Of a stretch of 64,000 bases of DNA, positions 1-12,815 are shown one piece after another. This DNA comes from Vicugna vicugna (Eukaryota), in NCBI GenBank assembly GCA_013265495.1, contig MU058946.1, positions 1,082,145 to 1,146,144 of the forward strand. Direction: 5' to 3'. Within the stretch, counting starts at the first letter, position 1. Every line of letters starts with the position of its first letter. The notes under the pieces are model-generated. The model did no database searches. It saw only the letters and a list, made by a program, of their open reading frames with translations, and was not told the DNA's origin. The position numbers and the translations under genes were made by a program.

Positions 1-1402
1 TGCGTGGGCCAGAACCTGAGCCAAGAGCCTTACACCCTGTGACCCTGGGCCCTTGTAAGAACCTCACTGGTTTGGTGTTATCATCATCCCAATCACAAAT
101 GAGGACTCTGAGCCAAGAGAGCGAGCCTGGCCTGGCCAGGTCAGCGTGGCTCTGGATACAACCTCAAACTACTTCGCTCCAAGCCCAGAGATGCGTGCAG
201 TGCCTGACAGCTGAAATCAGGCTTTCAGTGGTGATCTGGATGGGAAGCAGCGGTGGTCTCTTGGCCTCTCCACCACTGTTGCTCCCCGTAACAGTGAATA
301 CAGTCTCTGCTTTGTTCTCAGACTACTGGTATTTCCGGCTGCACACTTGGAATGAGGATCGATTTAGACTGCCCCCACCCAGCAGAGAATAAACCAATTC
401 AAGTTCCTTTCCTTTTGTCTATCAGACCATGATTCATTTTTTATTGCTTCTACATTAGCCTCTATAAGCTTTTATAAGGCTTTGTCTGCCCTCAGAGCAA
501 ACCAGAGTATCTCAGTCTGGCACCTGGTTCCCGTGCTCCAGCTGTGGGACGGAGCCCACCACACCAGCCGTCAGGACAGCCAGACTCATCCCTCCACCCC
601 TCCCTCCCTGCCTCCATCCAGCCCTCCACCCAGCCCTCCCTCCCTCCACCCACCCATCCAGCCAGAAATCCAGCCACGTAATTCATCTGTGACTCACCTC
701 TAATTATAAATGATACGTATAAATGTGAATACATGGTTCATCCCGTCTTGCACCTTGTGTTTGGAACACATAACAATGTCACACTCAGACAGATCACAGA
801 TAACCACCAGGCAGGCAATCACTGCCTCTTTGTTTGCTAAGATAAAAATCTGTATTAGGCCTCATTTCTCTTTCCAATTTAAGAGGTATTTTTTCTGGTC
901 ATGTTGTTTGAAAAGAATATAAACTAATAACAAAATTGCAACGTACTCCTATGAGTCCGACACATTACATACAAACGCCGAGAAAGAAAAAGAGCGCCTG
1001 TGTGATGGAGACACCGAAACACGGACAACAGCACAGGCACAGCGTGACGGAGCCCCTCCCTCCCTCCCGGCCGTCAGCCCGAGACCCAGCCTGCTGTCTG
1101 TGCCCGACTCCTCCCTCCACTGGGGTTATTTTAAAGTTCGTTCTAGACATCATCTTACTTCTTATGGTTTAAGACAGCCAGTGTGCCATCGTCACGCAGG
1201 AAGGAAACTGACAACAATCTCATTTCTCAGACTCACATCTACCCTGAGGGCGTGTTCGGACGCTCAGAAGTAATCCGTCTTCTTCAACAAATAAACGGCA
1301 AGGAACGTAAAGGGGATGGACATACGGACAGAAAGAGACCGAGGGAGATGGCAGCGAACGCAACGTGTGGGTCTTGTTGGGATCCTGACTTGAAAACAAG
1401 CA

Positions 1403-1432
1403 TGTGTGTGTGTGTGTGTGTGAGAGAGAGAG
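1403..1432. repeat. Compound microsatellite (TG)10(AG)5
   Basis: Read directly from the sequence. Confidence 0.95.
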
Positions 1433-2914
1433 GTGGTCCCCTTCTCTTTTCTTGCCATTATTTGTTGAAAAACACGTGATCTTTGGTGCTGAAAGCAAGC
1501 TCTAAAGGTGGGAGTCATCAGTCCTATTTTGTGGATATTAAGGCTCAGAGAGTTGAGGAGTTCTTCCATGGTCACACAGCACCTGAGGGGAGTGAAAAGG
1601 GAGGGTGGCTGTGAGCCCAGCGGAGGGTGACGGTCAGCATAAGGGATGGGGTGGGGGGGGGGCTTGGCGGGCCAGGCCATCGTGAGACGATGCGGGCAGG
1701 TGCGGGGACCGCTGGCAATGACCGACTCGGCCCAGGGCAGCGCACGCAGAGCCTCCTGGGACTGTGGGACGGTCAGTTTGGGGCAAATACCAAGAGAGGC
1801 CCCTGAAGACCAGCCTCCGACCCTGCAAAGCTTGGAAGGTCATGATGGACCGGCTGTGGAAAGGCTTCTGAGCGGGGGCTCCAGGACCTGGCTCTGCTCC
1901 TTCTCTAGGAACCGAGGGGCCCCAGGTGGGTCTCCTGGCATCTCCGGGTCTCAGATGGCCCATCCTCAGAGTGTGGATGATGCCAGCTTCACCTGCTTCC
2001 AGGCGCCGTTTCCGCCCTGAACCCCAGATGCTGGAATGACCACCTCAACCCTGGGCAAGGGGCACGTGCACATGGCGCCGGGGAGCCCAAGGCCTCCTGG
2101 TTCAACGCCCGGCTCTGCCTCTCACGGACTCTGGGACTGTGGGCAAACCCTTCCCCTCTTCACTGCATACTGTCCTCATCTGCAACACAGGGAAGAGACT
2201 GGCAGCCTCCATAAAATACTGACAAAGGTGTCTGGTATCTGGTATCCGAACATCCGCCAGCAGGTACCATCCCATCTGCAGGTGAGGAAACAGGCCCGCG
2301 ATCACACAGCCAGCATATACGGCCCTGCTGGGCGCAAACCCCAGAATGCTGGTTCCAGGGCTGCTGGATAAGCAACCGAGGGACTAGGGGGCAGGGGTGG
2401 TGGGATGATCTGAAGCCCACCAGGGCCCCCGAGATTCATCTCTCTCCGTTACGCACTTTCTCTTGGGTCCAGCACACAGGACGCCCTCCAGGAATGTCTG
2501 TCAGGTGAAAGGGTTTGAGAGGCACGTTTGCCAAATGGGGCCTGAGTTAATTCAATCAAAATGCACAGCAAGCTTTGGTCAGGGAGTTGAGAGATACCTA
2601 AGGGCCCCCTGACCCCATGATGTGTAGCAGGCAGCCGAGGAGCTGGTGGTGTCCACAACACACGGGAGAACAAAGGCAGACGGGACACCTCTGTGAAAGA
2701 GGGCTGCCCTGGAGGGGTCAGGGGGCCACAGGAGCAGGGGCCTCAGCCGAAGGTGAAGGGAAGGGCGAGCCCCTCACTCTGTCCCACCCACGCTCCAGAC
2801 CCACTGTCCTGCTGGGTTTAGGGCACAGCGACCACGTGAGAGCAGCCTGTGCAGCTGAGGGAATGTGGCATGAGCTGCGGCCAGAACATGTTTATAACCA
2901 AGTGGCTACAGCCC

Positions 2915-3027
2915 CATGGTCCCTGAATAGTGCTCCATCTCTCGCTGATCCCCACACCCTAACCTGGGCGCTTGGGAGCATGGCCTCCTCAGGGGGCAAT
3001 GTCTCTGCAGGTGTGATTACATTAAGG
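2915..3027 (+). mobile_element. MaLR LTR (MLT1D-like), 5' part, split by an L1 insertion
   Basis: ...ctctgcaggtgtgattacattaagg resembles the MLT1D consensus as recalled (ctttgcagatgtgattaagttaagg) and continues at 3669. Confidence 0.55.
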
Positions 3028-3667
3028 CTCCTGACCCAGCAGTCCCACCCCTGGGCACACATCCAGAGGAAACTCTAATCCAAAGANNNNNNNNNNNNNN
3101 NNNNNNNNNNNNNNNNNNNNNNNNNNNNNNNNNNNNNNNNNNNNNNNNNNNNNNNNNNNNNNNNNNNNNNNNNNNNNNNNNNNNNNNNNNNNNNNNNNNN
3201 NNNNNNNNNNNNNNNNNNNNNNNNNNNNNNNNNNNNNNNNNNNNNNNNNNNNNNNNNNNNNNNNNNNNNATTGTCATTCTAAGAGAAATACGTCAGACAG
3301 AGAAAGATAAATATCACATGACATCACTCATACATGGAATCTAAAAATAGTAACACAAATGGAGTCATTTATGAAACAGAAACAGACTCACAGACATAGA
3401 GAATAAACTTACAGTTACTGGGGGAAAGGAGGAGGGTGCAGGGATAAACTGGGAGTGTTGGATTCTCAGATACTAACTTCCATATGTAAAATAAACAACA
3501 AGGTCTTACTGTGCAGCACAGGCAACTACACTGAAGACCTTGTAATAGCCTATAATGGCAAAGAACATGAAAAGGAATAGATAGATATATAAAAATAACT
3601 GAATCACTATGCTGCACACCAGAAATTAACACAGCATAGTAAACCGACTATACTTCAACTAAAAAAA
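3028..3667 (+). mobile_element. 5'-truncated LINE-1 (end of ORF2 plus 3' UTR, cetartiodactyl type) with an A tail; spans the 183-N gap
   Basis: gacccagcagtcccacccctgggcacacatccagaggaaactctaat is the L1 ORF2 end. The 3' UTR (...aaacagactcacagacatagag...ctatacttcaact) ends in A7. Confidence 0.85.
3087..3269. other. Assembly gap (183 N)
   Basis: Run of N. Confidence 1.
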
Positions 3668-3668
3668 G

Positions 3669-4059
3669 ATTAAGGATCTTGAGATCACCCCGGATTACCC
3701 AGGTGGGCCCTAAATGAAGTCACAGGATAACAAGGGAGGCAGAGGGAGAGCTGACGAGACACGGAGGAGGGAGTGATGTGAAGACAAGGCAGAGTGAGAC
3801 TGGAAGGTGCCGGCCTTGAAGGCTGGAGGGACGCAGCCACAAGCCCAGGCCTGCTGGCGCCCCAGAGCTGGAAGGAGCAGGAACGGATCCTCCCCCGGAC
3901 ACTCTAGAGGAAGGGAGCCTCTGCCGGCACCTTGGTTCTGACCCCAGGGAGACGGATGTGGGACTTCTGGTTTTCAGAGCTGCGACAGAATACATTTTCT
4001 GTTGTTTGAGGTCATGCTGTTTGTCGCGATTTGTCACAGCAGCCCCGGCCGCTAACAGA
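3669..4059 (+). mobile_element. MaLR LTR (MLT1D-like), 3' part
   Basis: ttaaggatcttgagat...ggattacccaggtgggccctaaat...gacttctggttttcagagctgcgacagaatacattttctgttgtttgagg...tttgtcacagcagcc are typical MLT1 blocks. Confidence 0.8.
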
Positions 4060-4288
4060 CCCTTGACCTCCATGCTGAGAAGGCTGGATCCGTTTTGCAG
4101 GGAACAGAAGTCCTTGATGCCGTGTGAAGGGAGTGTACATGTGACTGGGACCGAACTGTGCAGTGGGGCCGAGGAGGATGAGGCCAGGGAGGGCTGGGGC
4201 CGGGGAGGGACGGGTTAAAGAGAGGAGACACTGAGGGCTCAGGAGCTGGGAAAGGCTGCCTGCTTACCCGGCCTCCCCTACGAGCTGC

Positions 4289-4321
4289 TGGGGGCCTGGG
4301 GGCCTGGGGGCCTGGGGGTCT
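4289..4321. repeat. 8-bp tandem repeat (TGGGGGCC) x about 4
   Basis: tgggggcctgggggcctgggggcctgggggtct. Confidence 0.9.
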
Positions 4322-5277
4322 GGAGGGGAGCGGGCTCTGGCAGCTGTGGGGACTCCTGCCCCAGGCGGGATGTTCGGTGGGCAGAAGGCAGCACCCCAGA
4401 CTGTGCAAATGCCCGCCCGGCTCAGGCTCTGGGCTGCCTCAAGGCTCCGCGGGATGCCGGGGCCCACCTCCCGCCGGCGTCTACGGCGGCCTCCTCATTC
4501 GTCATGGCTGACCCCCTCACCGCTCCTGTCATCTTTCTGGGTCACTTGGTTTTTTTTTTTTCACTTCTGGTGTCTGAGGCCCAGCTCCACTGCTATAAAT
4601 AATGGATCACAGGGGACTGGAGATGCAAAAAGCCAGGAGCCGGGAGAATCGGAGATGGAGATCGACTCGGCGGACTGCTTCACGTGAGGACATTTCCGAA
4701 GGTGTCTCTCGGATTCCAATCTGCTTTACTTCTTGAGATGGAATCCCAGGAAGAGGCAGCTCTTGATCCGCGACCCTCGCCTCTCCCCTTGCAGGGTCCT
4801 CGCCCCGCTCTTCTGCTGAACCCCCGCCCCCTTCTCCCGATCTGCCTCAGCTCTGCTGCATCAGGGCTTCAAGTGTGGCCCCGCGCCACCCACCCTGGGG
4901 TCAGGGCTCCTGGGCGCCCGCGGAGGGAGGGAGGTGCGGGGAGGACCCGGGGCCACAGCCCCTCGGGGAGCATCCGGGAACCTCCTCCCGACACGCATCC
5001 CGCCGCCCCATTCCAGGAGGGAGGGGTGGCAGCAGTTGGGGCACGAGGACCAGACGGAGAAGAAACCATGTGAGAGGAGGCGTGGCCCGGGAGGCGGGAA
5101 GGGCCTGCTCCCTGCTCAGGCCAGAGAGCTCCGCCGTCCTGGTGAGCAAGCATCCGAAAAGGGAGTCTGAGGGCTCCAGGCAGGCTCAGCCCTTTCCAGA
5201 GACAAGTCAAGGCTTCTAGGGGGGCGGTATTTGGAGGGAGTCTCTTTAAGGAGGTAACTAAGTTAACAGGAGGCCAC

Positions 5278-5717
5278 TGTCTGAGTGCCCCGAGGCGGCC
5301 GTAACAAAGTACCACAAACGGCGCTGGAAACAGCAGACGTTTACCCCCTAACAGTTCCGGAGGCTGGAAGCCTGCACTCCCCGGGGTGGCAGGTGCGGGT
5401 CTTCCCTGCGTCTCTCCAGCTTCTGGTGGTTGCCAGCGGCCCCTGCGTTCCCGGGCTGTGGCTGCATCAGCCCAGGCCCTGCCTCTGCCTTAGTGGCCTC
5501 CTCTGTCTCCACGTCTTCTGCTCTCAGCTGGCGCCAATGTCCCTCTTCTTACAGGACACAGTCACGTGGGATAACGGCCCATCCTCTAGCAGCACGACCG
5601 CTTCTCACCTTGATCACAGCTACGAAGACTGTATTTACAAACCCGGTCCCGCTCACAGGTACCAAGGGTTGGGACGTGGACATGCCTTTGGGGGTGGACA
5701 CAATTCAACCCCAGATA
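5278..5717 (-). mobile_element. MaLR LTR (MLT1B/C-like)
   Basis: gccgtaacaaagtaccacaaac...acagttccggaggctggaag...ctcttcttacaggacac...gggggtggacacaattcaacc matches the reverse orientation of MLT1. Confidence 0.8.
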
Positions 5718-8374
5718 GTGATGAGCTGGGGCAGGACAAGGTGCCATGAGGGACTCAGAGGAACCCAGGCCTTCACACAGGCGCCCTGGTGAACAGTGGC
5801 CCAGAGTGTGTAAGTCAGACGTGCCAGAAAGGCTGCTGGGCAGAGCTGGCTGTGAGGACCGGGGAGCCGAGAAGCTTCCATCTGCAGGGGGAGGAGGCCT
5901 GCCTTCCTCCCCAATGCCTCCTGTTTTTCCTTTCCTTTTTATTGCTTGAAATTTCATTAGCAAAACTGAGCAGTTTTCCTGCCAGAAAAGAAATGTCTCT
6001 GACTGTGGGCGAGGGGGCCTGGAGCGAGTCCACATCTGCCCCACGCCTGCCACCCCGTCCACCATCCCTCCTCTTACCCACACCAAGGCCGGCGTCCACC
6101 GCCAGGATAAAGCCCCCGGGCCTCGTCTGCGGCTGCTACAAGTCCCCCAGAGATCGGTATGACCGCTCAATGCCCTTGGAGCCCCGAGATGTAACAGCAG
6201 CGGGCGCAGTGTCTCCAGGTCCACGCTGAGCCCAGCACTGTCCCGTGTCACCCAGCACGCGGGGCAGCGTTGCCCACGCAGCCTCTGCGCCGAACCAAAC
6301 CATCCCTCCCGGGTGCACTACTTTTAGTTTGAAGCCCGAGGCTCAAAGCCGTTGGCTGAAAGTGGCGAAACCCCTGGTTCCTTCTTCCAGAAGCCAAGCC
6401 TAGCTCTTCAGAGGGACCTGGAAGCTTCGAGGGGCCCAGGGCATCCTCTCGGGGCTGCCTGACCGGTCCCTCTGAAGCACATGCAGAAGGTTCATGGGGG
6501 GAAGGAGACCGAATCAGAAACCCCAGGCCCAGAGGGCGCCCGGCACCCAGGCGGCAGCCCCACTGCTCCAGCACCGCACCCGAGAGACCCAGGCCCCATC
6601 CCTAGAGAGGCCCTGGGCTTTGGGGAAAGGCCTGGGAGGGGAGAGGCTGTGCACACACTAGGTGGAAAAAGTAAGGTGTGAGGCTGGGCACCTGGCTGCA
6701 TTCTGGGTGAAATGTGGGGGTGCAGGGAGTGGGGGGCAGCAGGTGGAGGGGGATGGACGTTTCCGCAGATCAGAACATCAGCTGTGTCCACCGGTGCACG
6801 CAGCCCCACCCGCCACGGGCACTCATGGGAGTCCTTGATCGTGCCACGATGATCAGGGCTTAACCCCTCAGGCGCCTGGTTCTGACTCTGAGAAGGGCTG
6901 CCTTTGCCCTCTGCCCACCTGGTCACCACGGGCTCTGCTCCACCATCACCCACGTGTCACCTGCACATGTGTGTCCTCTCAGTTCCCGAGGCTGTGACCC
7001 ACCTCATCCACCTTTTCAGCGCCACCCAGCACGCTCGGAGGAAACCCACCACTCCTCCCTTTACAGCCTCCGGCAGTACCTGTCCCGACCCTCGCCCCCT
7101 GGAGCAGCCCGGGCCGCTCTGCCAGGAGGACACAGATGCCGTCTCCCATCTCTGCTCTTTGGAGCTCAGCCTTCAAAGCACCACAAGCAAAATGGGTCTC
7201 AGATACGGGCTGGACCACAACTGCGCACCCTGAGAGCCCCGGGGGGCGTCTGAAGCCAGGCGGTCACTGGCCGTCTCTGCACTCACGTTCCAGGGCTTCT
7301 TGTGTTTGTTCTAAGCTCTGGGGTTTCTGTTATTAATAGTGACAGCTGAGGCTTACATAAGAAGCTTCATTGAGAGATTTCAGAGTATGTATAGCCATTA
7401 ATTTTGAACCTTTAAGCACTGCCCACATCAAGGTTTCCCCACCTTATATAATACAACTGGGCGAAAACATTTTGGGGGCTGCTCCCCAAAGCACTTTGGT
7501 AATGACTCGAGCAGCAGACAGGCTCCAGAAGAGCCACCAGCCACACCCGCCTGCTTCTGGCGACAGCCAGCCTTTACATAACAAGTAAGGATGCTCCGGG
7601 TTAGCTGTTCTTGCAAATGTCAGCTGCAGGTGGGGAGACGATGGAGGATCTCTAGATGATCACATCAAATACACTGCCTCTTTTTTCCTGTTATTTGTAA
7701 GGCTGTAAAAGCAAAACAAACAAACAAAATCCCCCAGGCAGAAGCCGTGAGGGTAAAGGCAGCCTGAATCACTAGGCTCTACTAACCGTCCTGCTTATAG
7801 AACGAATCAACTGGCCCCAGGGATGCCCGGCCCCACCTGGACACCGCCTGCTCACCCGGAGCCTGCAGCTTGGCGGTGATCAGAGGGCTGGTGGCCACTT
7901 TCCTTCATGGCGGCCCTGAGTCCATGACGTGGATACATAACAAACAAAAACAACACAGCCTTACGGAATGCTCACCATGTGTCAGCCCGTTTAAGCATGG
8001 GGCACACATTCTGGAATTTAATCACAGCCACACTCACTTCCCCTCACTTCACAGACGGAGACACCGAGGCACGGCGCTCTCCACCGTGACTCTGTGCTGA
8101 CGGTAAACGGGCTGTGCGAGTGAGTCTGAAAAGCAACTGTCTTCCCTGAACAGGTTACTCCTCTCCCCACCCGTGGTACGTCACCCTTCAGCAACCACAC
8201 CACACACAGCCGCCCTCGATGAACACAACCAGGCCCGGGAAACTGGGGGAGAGTTCCACGGAGCACAGTTTTTCAGAAGACACAATAATCCACCATTGCA
8301 TCAGAACTACGCACGCTTTGCAAACCGAGATAAGAGTGGATATGATTGAGCATTAAAGACAGCGGGCAGATTCA

Positions 8375-8825
8375 CTGATAAATGACCACCAATGACTGGT
8401 AAATGCAACAGCAGATTGTGGTCTATGCACACAATGCAATATTATCCGGCCTTGAAAAGGAAGGACGTTCTGACGCATTCACAACAGGGACAAACCTGGA
8501 GGACATCATGCTCCGTGGAATAAGCCAGTCGCAAAATACAAACACTGGGTAAGTCCACCTACACGAGGAGCCTAGAGCAGGCAAATTCAGTGAGGCAGGA
8601 AGGACACGGTGGGTGGGGGGCAGGGCGGCGAGGGCAAGGGGACTGAATGTTTGGGGGGACAGTTTCAGCTGGGGCCATGAGAAAGCTTTGGAGACGGACG
8701 GTGGTGATGGCCACACGACAATGCGAATGTGTTAATCCTGCTGAGCTGGGCACTCAAAAATGGTTAAGATGGTAAAATGTTATCTTCCGTGTATTTTACT
8801 ACAATTTTTAAAAATTAAAAAAAAA
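8375..8825 (+). mobile_element. Old LINE-1 3' end (L1MB-like)
   Basis: caatattatccggccttgaaaaggaagg...ctggaggacatcatgctccgtggaataagccagtcgcaaaa...aaaaatggttaagatggtaaaat...tattttactacaattttt plus an A tail. Confidence 0.8.
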
Positions 8826-11800
8826 TGCGAGGCAGGGAATCTAACGCCAACTGAACAAGATGCCTTGGCTCTTCTTAACTGTATTCAGACCCAGTTTTCA
8901 GGCGGCTGCGCGTTTCTGTGCAGGCAAACGCTCCCACTGGATGATGAGTTTGGGAACAGAGGAGATGTGGTCCCTGGTGGGGGTGACAGGGGTGACAGGC
9001 GGGCGGGGGGGCCAAGGCGAATTACCACATCGTCAACTGCAAAGATTTGTGTTTCTGAGGTTGAAAACATTTGGAGCCACCCCCAAGGCAGCGAAGGCAT
9101 TGGCACAGGGACCCCCAGCACGACTGTGACCCTAGGTGGCAGGGAGAGATGCAGGCCCTTTTCATGCTGGCGCAGCGCGATCTCTAAGCATGCATCATCG
9201 CAGAGCCTTTCTTCTCACAAAGATTCATAACCCTGGAAACGCAAACACTTAACCACAAAAGTAGAAAGAAATGGCCCGCTGAGCTAAGATGCTGCAGGTC
9301 CACCTCAGCCCCACCTCAGCCCCTCGCGCACTGGGCCGCCCCCGGAACCCGCACTGGCTGCGAGCAGCCCCCAGGCTGCAGCCCAAGGCTCTGCCTGGCC
9401 GACGGGGGAGGGGGAGCATGGGGACATCCTTCCCTGGGCCAGGGCTGGGCTGCTGCTGTCTTGTTGATGCGGACACCCGAGGGGATCCTCTTAGCCCTTC
9501 TTGCCAAAGACCTTTGTCGCCCCAGGAAAGCGACCTGCTGGGTCCCCACGGGGGGTGGGGCCAGTGACAGGATGAAGATGGTTCAGCTTGTGCCGCTTGT
9601 GATGGGAGAGGCCGGGGCGGGGAACATGCCTCCCACCCCAGATGGCAAACCCAGGACCCGGCCGGCAGTGACCCAGGGCTTCTGGCCCCCAGCCCCGGCC
9701 GCCCACTGCACGGCCCTGCCAGGCCCGTCACCGGCACTGGCGTCCCTTTCATCTTTCAGCAGCACATCGGTTCCCAGGACCCTTTGCTTTCCGTCCCTGG
9801 CGACCAGAGCTGTATTCTGCACGGTCCTGAGGCCAGGCGTCCTCTCGGCCCGCAGGGCTCTGGTGAGGACATGGGGCCCTCGCTCAGGGTATGAAGTGAC
9901 TCTGCTGCCGAAAGGTGTCACCTCGGCTAGGTTGGAGAAAGAGGTGCCTCGGACAGTGGGACTTGGGGCCTCAGGGCCCTGGTGTCGCCCCCTCTTTGTG
10001 GTTGCTTGTTCAGAGTCACACTGGGCTCAGTGAGATGTGAAACCAAGGACCCTAAGGCACTGCCATGGTTTCTTCCAGAGCCTTCGAGTGGACAGGTCCA
10101 GGGTGAGGGGAGGCAGGGGGACAGGACATGCTTACTGAGCCTCCCCAGCGGCCAGCTCTGCCCTGGGGCCTTTCTGCATGTTACTCAGCGCCATCTGCCT
10201 CACCCCATGGGGGGCACCACCACTGCACCCACTTCACGAGGAGAAGGTGACACCCCTCGGGTGTCTCAGCTGCCAAGTGGCAGAGCCGGGCACCATGAGG
10301 CTGTCTGTCCCAGCACTGCGGCCCCCAGCCCTCCATACACCCGCTGCGAGCAGCCCCAGCCCCTCCTGCACTTCGTCTGCAAGGCCTCCCTGTCGGTATC
10401 CAACAACGTGAGCGGGGTTCGGGCCTCCAGCCCTTCCCCTCCTGGGGCCTCCAGATGCCAGAAAGTGTCCGCTTGGACAGGCCTTCAGACCACAGCAAGC
10501 GGGAAGGAGGAGGGAGGCCAGCAGCCTCCTGCCTTCCCAGTGGCCTCAGGCTGGACCTGGGAGAGGCCACGCTTCCCAGAGCTCAGGCAGCCGGGCTGGT
10601 GTGCTCCAGCGGCCGGCACGCTTGTTGGAAAAGACTGAAAACTCAGACACTCATTCATTTTCACAGCCCAGTGCTGACCCAGCTGGAGCCGGATGGTCAT
10701 CGCAAGTGGGGGGTCGGGCCCCCTCCCCGTCACTCCCTGCTCACCTCCACTTACGCTGGAGACCCCCAAAGGGTGTGGGATGACCCCTTTTCCATCTTCC
10801 CTTGGTTGCAATTAGCTTATGTTACCATTTCAGTCTCTGCTGAAAGATCTTATGTTGCAAACATTAAAGGAAGAGAAACAACTTTGCTGGGACCCCGGAG
10901 GGCGCATGAGGGCTCTCTGTCCTCCTGGCAGTGACAAAAGGAGCGGAGAGCAGCCCTGAGAACTCAGAGGGTCTGCCTGGCCAGGGAGGGTGCCCCTGTA
11001 TTAATGAGCAAAGGCCCTTCCAGTTGGCAGGAGAAGATGCTCTGAGTTGGGGGTAAAGCAGAGCCCCACGCCGGGGTGGAGGGGAAGGGAACCTCCACTG
11101 GGCTCTGCCAGGTGGCCAGACAGACACATCCCAGGAAGGGGAAAGCATTCCAGGAGCCAGGGTGGGGACTCGAGGTGCCACACTGACTGCACTGGACAAA
11201 ACCGGGGCAGCTGTACCCTTAGGCAAACAGAAGACAGGACTGCGCTGGAGAAGAGCAGGCAGCTGGAAAAGCCAGCTTGTGTCTGCGCAAAAGGCAGGCG
11301 CGCCGGCAGAGGGGCCTGGCAGCCCTCGGAGGGCGCAGGGCGGGGCACAGGGCGAGTGGCGCAGGGAGGAGGTCCTGAGCCGCCGGGGGTGTCCCGGGGT
11401 GGGGCATGGAGGGCCTGGGCCCCACAGGCCCACAGGGGCTGCATGCCGGCCTCCGAGGAGTCTCTGCACGACCCGGGGTCCCAGGTGGCAACAGGGCCAG
11501 GCTGAGGGCCCGGCACACAGGGCTGAGCCCCAGGGGCGAGGGGGAGCAGTCACAGGTGGGGGGGCCACGAGGAGCCACTGGGGACGGTCAGAACAGCAGA
11601 AGCGTCCTCTGATGGCGGCGTAACAACTGTCCGGCGCGCTTTCTGCTCCTCCTTTACAGGTTTTTCTCATTGGTTTCATTGTTTTGGAGCAGAAACAACT
11701 TAGCAGAACTTCAGTGGCTGTTCACCTATCAAAGCCTGGGCTCCAGCTGCAGAGCGAAGCTGGGACAAAGACGCGGCTGATCGGAGTGGCCGAGGGGGTC

Positions 11801-12699
11801 CCAGCAGGGTGACATGATGAGGGGCCATCCCGCAGGGAGCTGCTGGGCCCGGGAACTACACCAACAGAGCTGGTCCCTTTCAACGGGACTTACAAATTCC
11901 AGGATGGTCATTCCTGCCCAGATGAGGCTTCTCACCAAATCCAAGCCCGAGGCCAGGCCAGGGATCCCACAAAGGCCTCACTCAGCCTCGTGTGGATGGT
12001 GAGCAAGCCCACACCCGGACGTGCAGCCAGGCAGGGGCCCCTCAAGCTCCCTGATGCCAAATGCCTCGTCCAGGAGCACCCCAGGCAGCCCAGCTGAGCC
12101 CAAGCTTTCTCTGCACATGGATGGGAGAAGGGAGAAGGTTCCAAGGTCAGGGGACCCGAGGAACGAAACAGCAAACCCCCCCAGGTAAGGAAAAGATGCA
12201 CGAGCTTCCAGATCAGGGTTCTCGGGGCAGGCTTCCCCGCCCCCACTCCCTCCTCCTTCGCCTGGTGCCGGGAGGTGCCAGGTCCCACATGGCGATGAGG
12301 GAACAGGTGATGGGGACAGGCGTGTGGAGGTGCTGCTGGCTGCATGGGGCCGGTGCCTGGCCGTCCCCAGCCTGGGTCACCCCAGTCTGTGCACAGGGCT
12401 CCTTCCCTGCAAAACCGGTCTTCCCTGAGGGGGCAAACCTATTCACCAGGCCCTGCGTGGCCGGCACCACAGCCCTTCCCACCAGCCGGCTCCTGTCCGT
12501 CCCAGGGCACCCTGCAATAGTAAACAGCGGCGGTTTACTCTCTGGCCTTCCCGGGGCCCAGGCCCAGTGCCTGGCTCAGGCCAGAGGGGCCATTGCTCAG
12601 CGGGCCTCCCTCAGCATCAAGAATGTCACATCCACGCTGGACCCCAGCTCCCAGCACCCAGCAGAGGCTCAGCGATGTGCCTCATCTGGTTTGATTCTT

Positions 12700-12815
12700 A
12701 CAGGCAGCACGGCTTTATCCCCACGTGACAGTGGAGAAATCGTGGCACAGAGAGGTTCGGTAGCTACCCCGAGGCCCTGCAGATGGAAGTGGGGGCCTGA
12801 GGACAGACCGCTGTC
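12700..12815 (-). mobile_element. MIR SINE fragment
   Basis: atccccacgtgacagtggagaaatcgtggcacagagaggtt resembles the reverse-oriented MIR core. Confidence 0.5.
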
